Source: Cyanophora paradoxa CCMP329
Lineage: Eukaryota; Plantae; Glaucophyta
Direction of reading: 5' to 3'
NCBI GenBank assembly: GCA_004431415.1
Contig: QPMI01000609.1
Span: forward strand, 161,440-225,439
DNA length: 64,000 nt
Part shown: piece by piece, positions 62,362 to 64,000 of the stretch
How positions within the stretch are numbered: position 1 is the stretch's first letter
Layout: each line of letters opens with the position of its first letter
Notes under the pieces: model-generated
What the model was told of the DNA's origin: nothing
What the model saw: only the letters and a program-made list of their open reading frames with translations
Database searches by the model: none
Program-made: the position numbers and the translations under genes

Positions 62362-64000
62362 TCAGTCATCAATAACAATCACATCATTATCGACGATTTC
62401 GAAGGGACAGAAGGCCTGCTGTATACGGGCAATCTCATCGGCTAGCTCGGAATCGCGAAGCCTGAGCAAGGTGGTCCGCGTCTCTGCCGCCTGAACAGCC
62501 TCATAGGTTGCTTTAGCCTCAACGAGCGGACCACGAAAGCCATCCTCGCCAGGCTGCGAGCATGCCTTGGAGACGCGAGCTCCGGCCGCGGCGATATCAC
62601 GCTTCTCCTTGAGTAGCCGATCGGCGATCGTGCTGCGTTCGTGCAAAGCTGTAATGTAGGCTCGGAAGAAGGCTGCAACCTCGCGGGACACGGTGTTCTC
62701 TTGTGATGGGACATCGAGAAAGACCTCGTTAATGCTGGTGGACGTCTCAAACGCTGCGGCCACCGCAGCGGCCGCATAGCGCGGGACCTGCCTTGGCAAC
62801 GTCAGAATGCCGCCGACGAGACCGAGAGACTCCAGGACACGGCAGTTGCGCGCAAGATTCGCGACGGCATTGACGATAACAAGGCACTCGACCCCCTGGG
62901 GGCATACAACGGGGATCACAATGCGACGAAGGGTAGAAGAAGAGATGGCTGATGCAAAGCGAGCGATGTCTGAGGCCCTATATCTATGGTCGAACAGGGC
63001 TGCAGCAGAGAGATCGAGCGATATGAGATGCGGAAGCAAGGCTATACCAGAGGCTACAGGTTGCAGGCAACAGTCCGAAACGGGACAACGTAGTACAACG
63101 AGGGACCGAGGCAGGGACTGCATCCGCATGCAACCAACAGGCGAAGTTGGGATCTCAATTTCAAGATGCGTTGTCTGGTACGGGCCTTGGAGCTTGCTGC
63201 CGTCACCTACCCAGCGGGGCTCGAGGTTGATGTGCATGTGCGAGGCCATGCAGGTGACACACGTGCGGAGGGAATGATATGAATGTGTGGGACCGCAATG
63301 TGAAGAGTCGTTCCACATGGTAGGTTGTTTCAGTGCACTCAAGCCGCAGAATGACAGGGGGCCGGCCAGCGGCGGCAAGTCCTGTAAGGTGTTGTGGGAT
63401 CCGCGAACGATAACCTCCTGGCTTCAAGCCGGGCGTCGACGAGTTGGCTATAGTTGGTAGCGTAGTGGTACGCGATGGCAGTACCGGAAATGACAAGTTT
63501 ATTGATGCGAAAAGGCCCGGCAGACGGTTTGACAAGCCTGCGCGTAGTGCGAGGATTTGGTAAGTAATTTGGCCGAGCAAAGAAGCAGCGCTGTGGCTGC
63601 GCACGGGAGGCTGCGGTAGATAGGGATGCAGATGCCTGGCGCTGTTGGCATATCCGCGTGAGCAGCGTCTATTACGCCGAGATCTTCGGCCGCAAGGTCG
63701 TCCACAATCAGCGTCTTGGCACTGGTTGTCATTGCAAACGTAGCCATCCTACATGTACTGGGCGAGCATGCTCCACGTCGAGTGAGCTAGTAGACAATGC
63801 AAGAGCACGCCGATCATCGGGGATGGGAGATGATGAAGGTTGGCACGAAAGCCCAGAGGATGAGCGGTGAAGAAAGTCAGCGATGTACGGGCGCCGCCAC
63901 ACAGGATCTGCAAATGCGGTGGACACGATGCGCAAGAAGTTGCTCTCTGGGTGAGGAGGTGGTACACCCAGCGGCAAAGACATCATTAATATCAGACATT
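62362..64000 (-). CDS. RNI-like leucine-rich-repeat protein (5' part frameshifted or outside window)
   Basis: 338-aa ORF with LLPHLISLDLS, STLRRIVI, NCRVLESLGL, TSINEVFL spacing typical of RNI-like LRRs; collinear upstream ORF fragments. Confidence 0.5.

Larger units (their letters stand above)
41000..64000 (-). mobile_element. Large Helentron/Helitron2-associated island (boundaries not resolved; continues beyond window)
   Basis: Visible shift from extremely GC-rich host coding DNA to near-balanced composition; contains RepHel plus neighbouring genes of the same composition and intron style. Termini not identified. Confidence 0.55.

Overview
Eukaryotic genomic DNA from a very GC-rich, intron-dense protist or alga; the taxon cannot be fixed from sequence alone. 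The first 31 kb holds host genes: the 3' end of a SAMHD1-like HD hydrolase, MTHFS, a multi-LOTUS-like protein, an orphan gene, TBCC, and a 7.7-kb gene combining PKD repeats, a TRP-like membrane domain and a kinase-like domain. These genes use many GC-AG introns and are separated by satellites and transposon debris. The most striking structure is a non-autonomous Helitron2/Helentron-like element that appears to insert into itself directly behind its own 16-bp 5' end. One locus has 2 x 16-mer plus 2 bodies (12318-14708) and another has 5 x 16-mer plus 5 bodies of three length variants (32404-39968), which reads as an ordered, self-counting insertion record. From about 41 kb to the window end lies a lower-GC island. 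It contains a Helentron-type Rep/Pif1 helicase gene (C2H2 fingers, HUH Rep, Pif1, OTU-like tail), a deoxynucleoside kinase, an OB-fold/RPA-like gene, an LRR gene, orphan genes and B-box/T-arm modules. Several very short poly(A) retroposon ends with their own TSDs are also present. Protein family calls come from motif recognition by eye, not from database searches.
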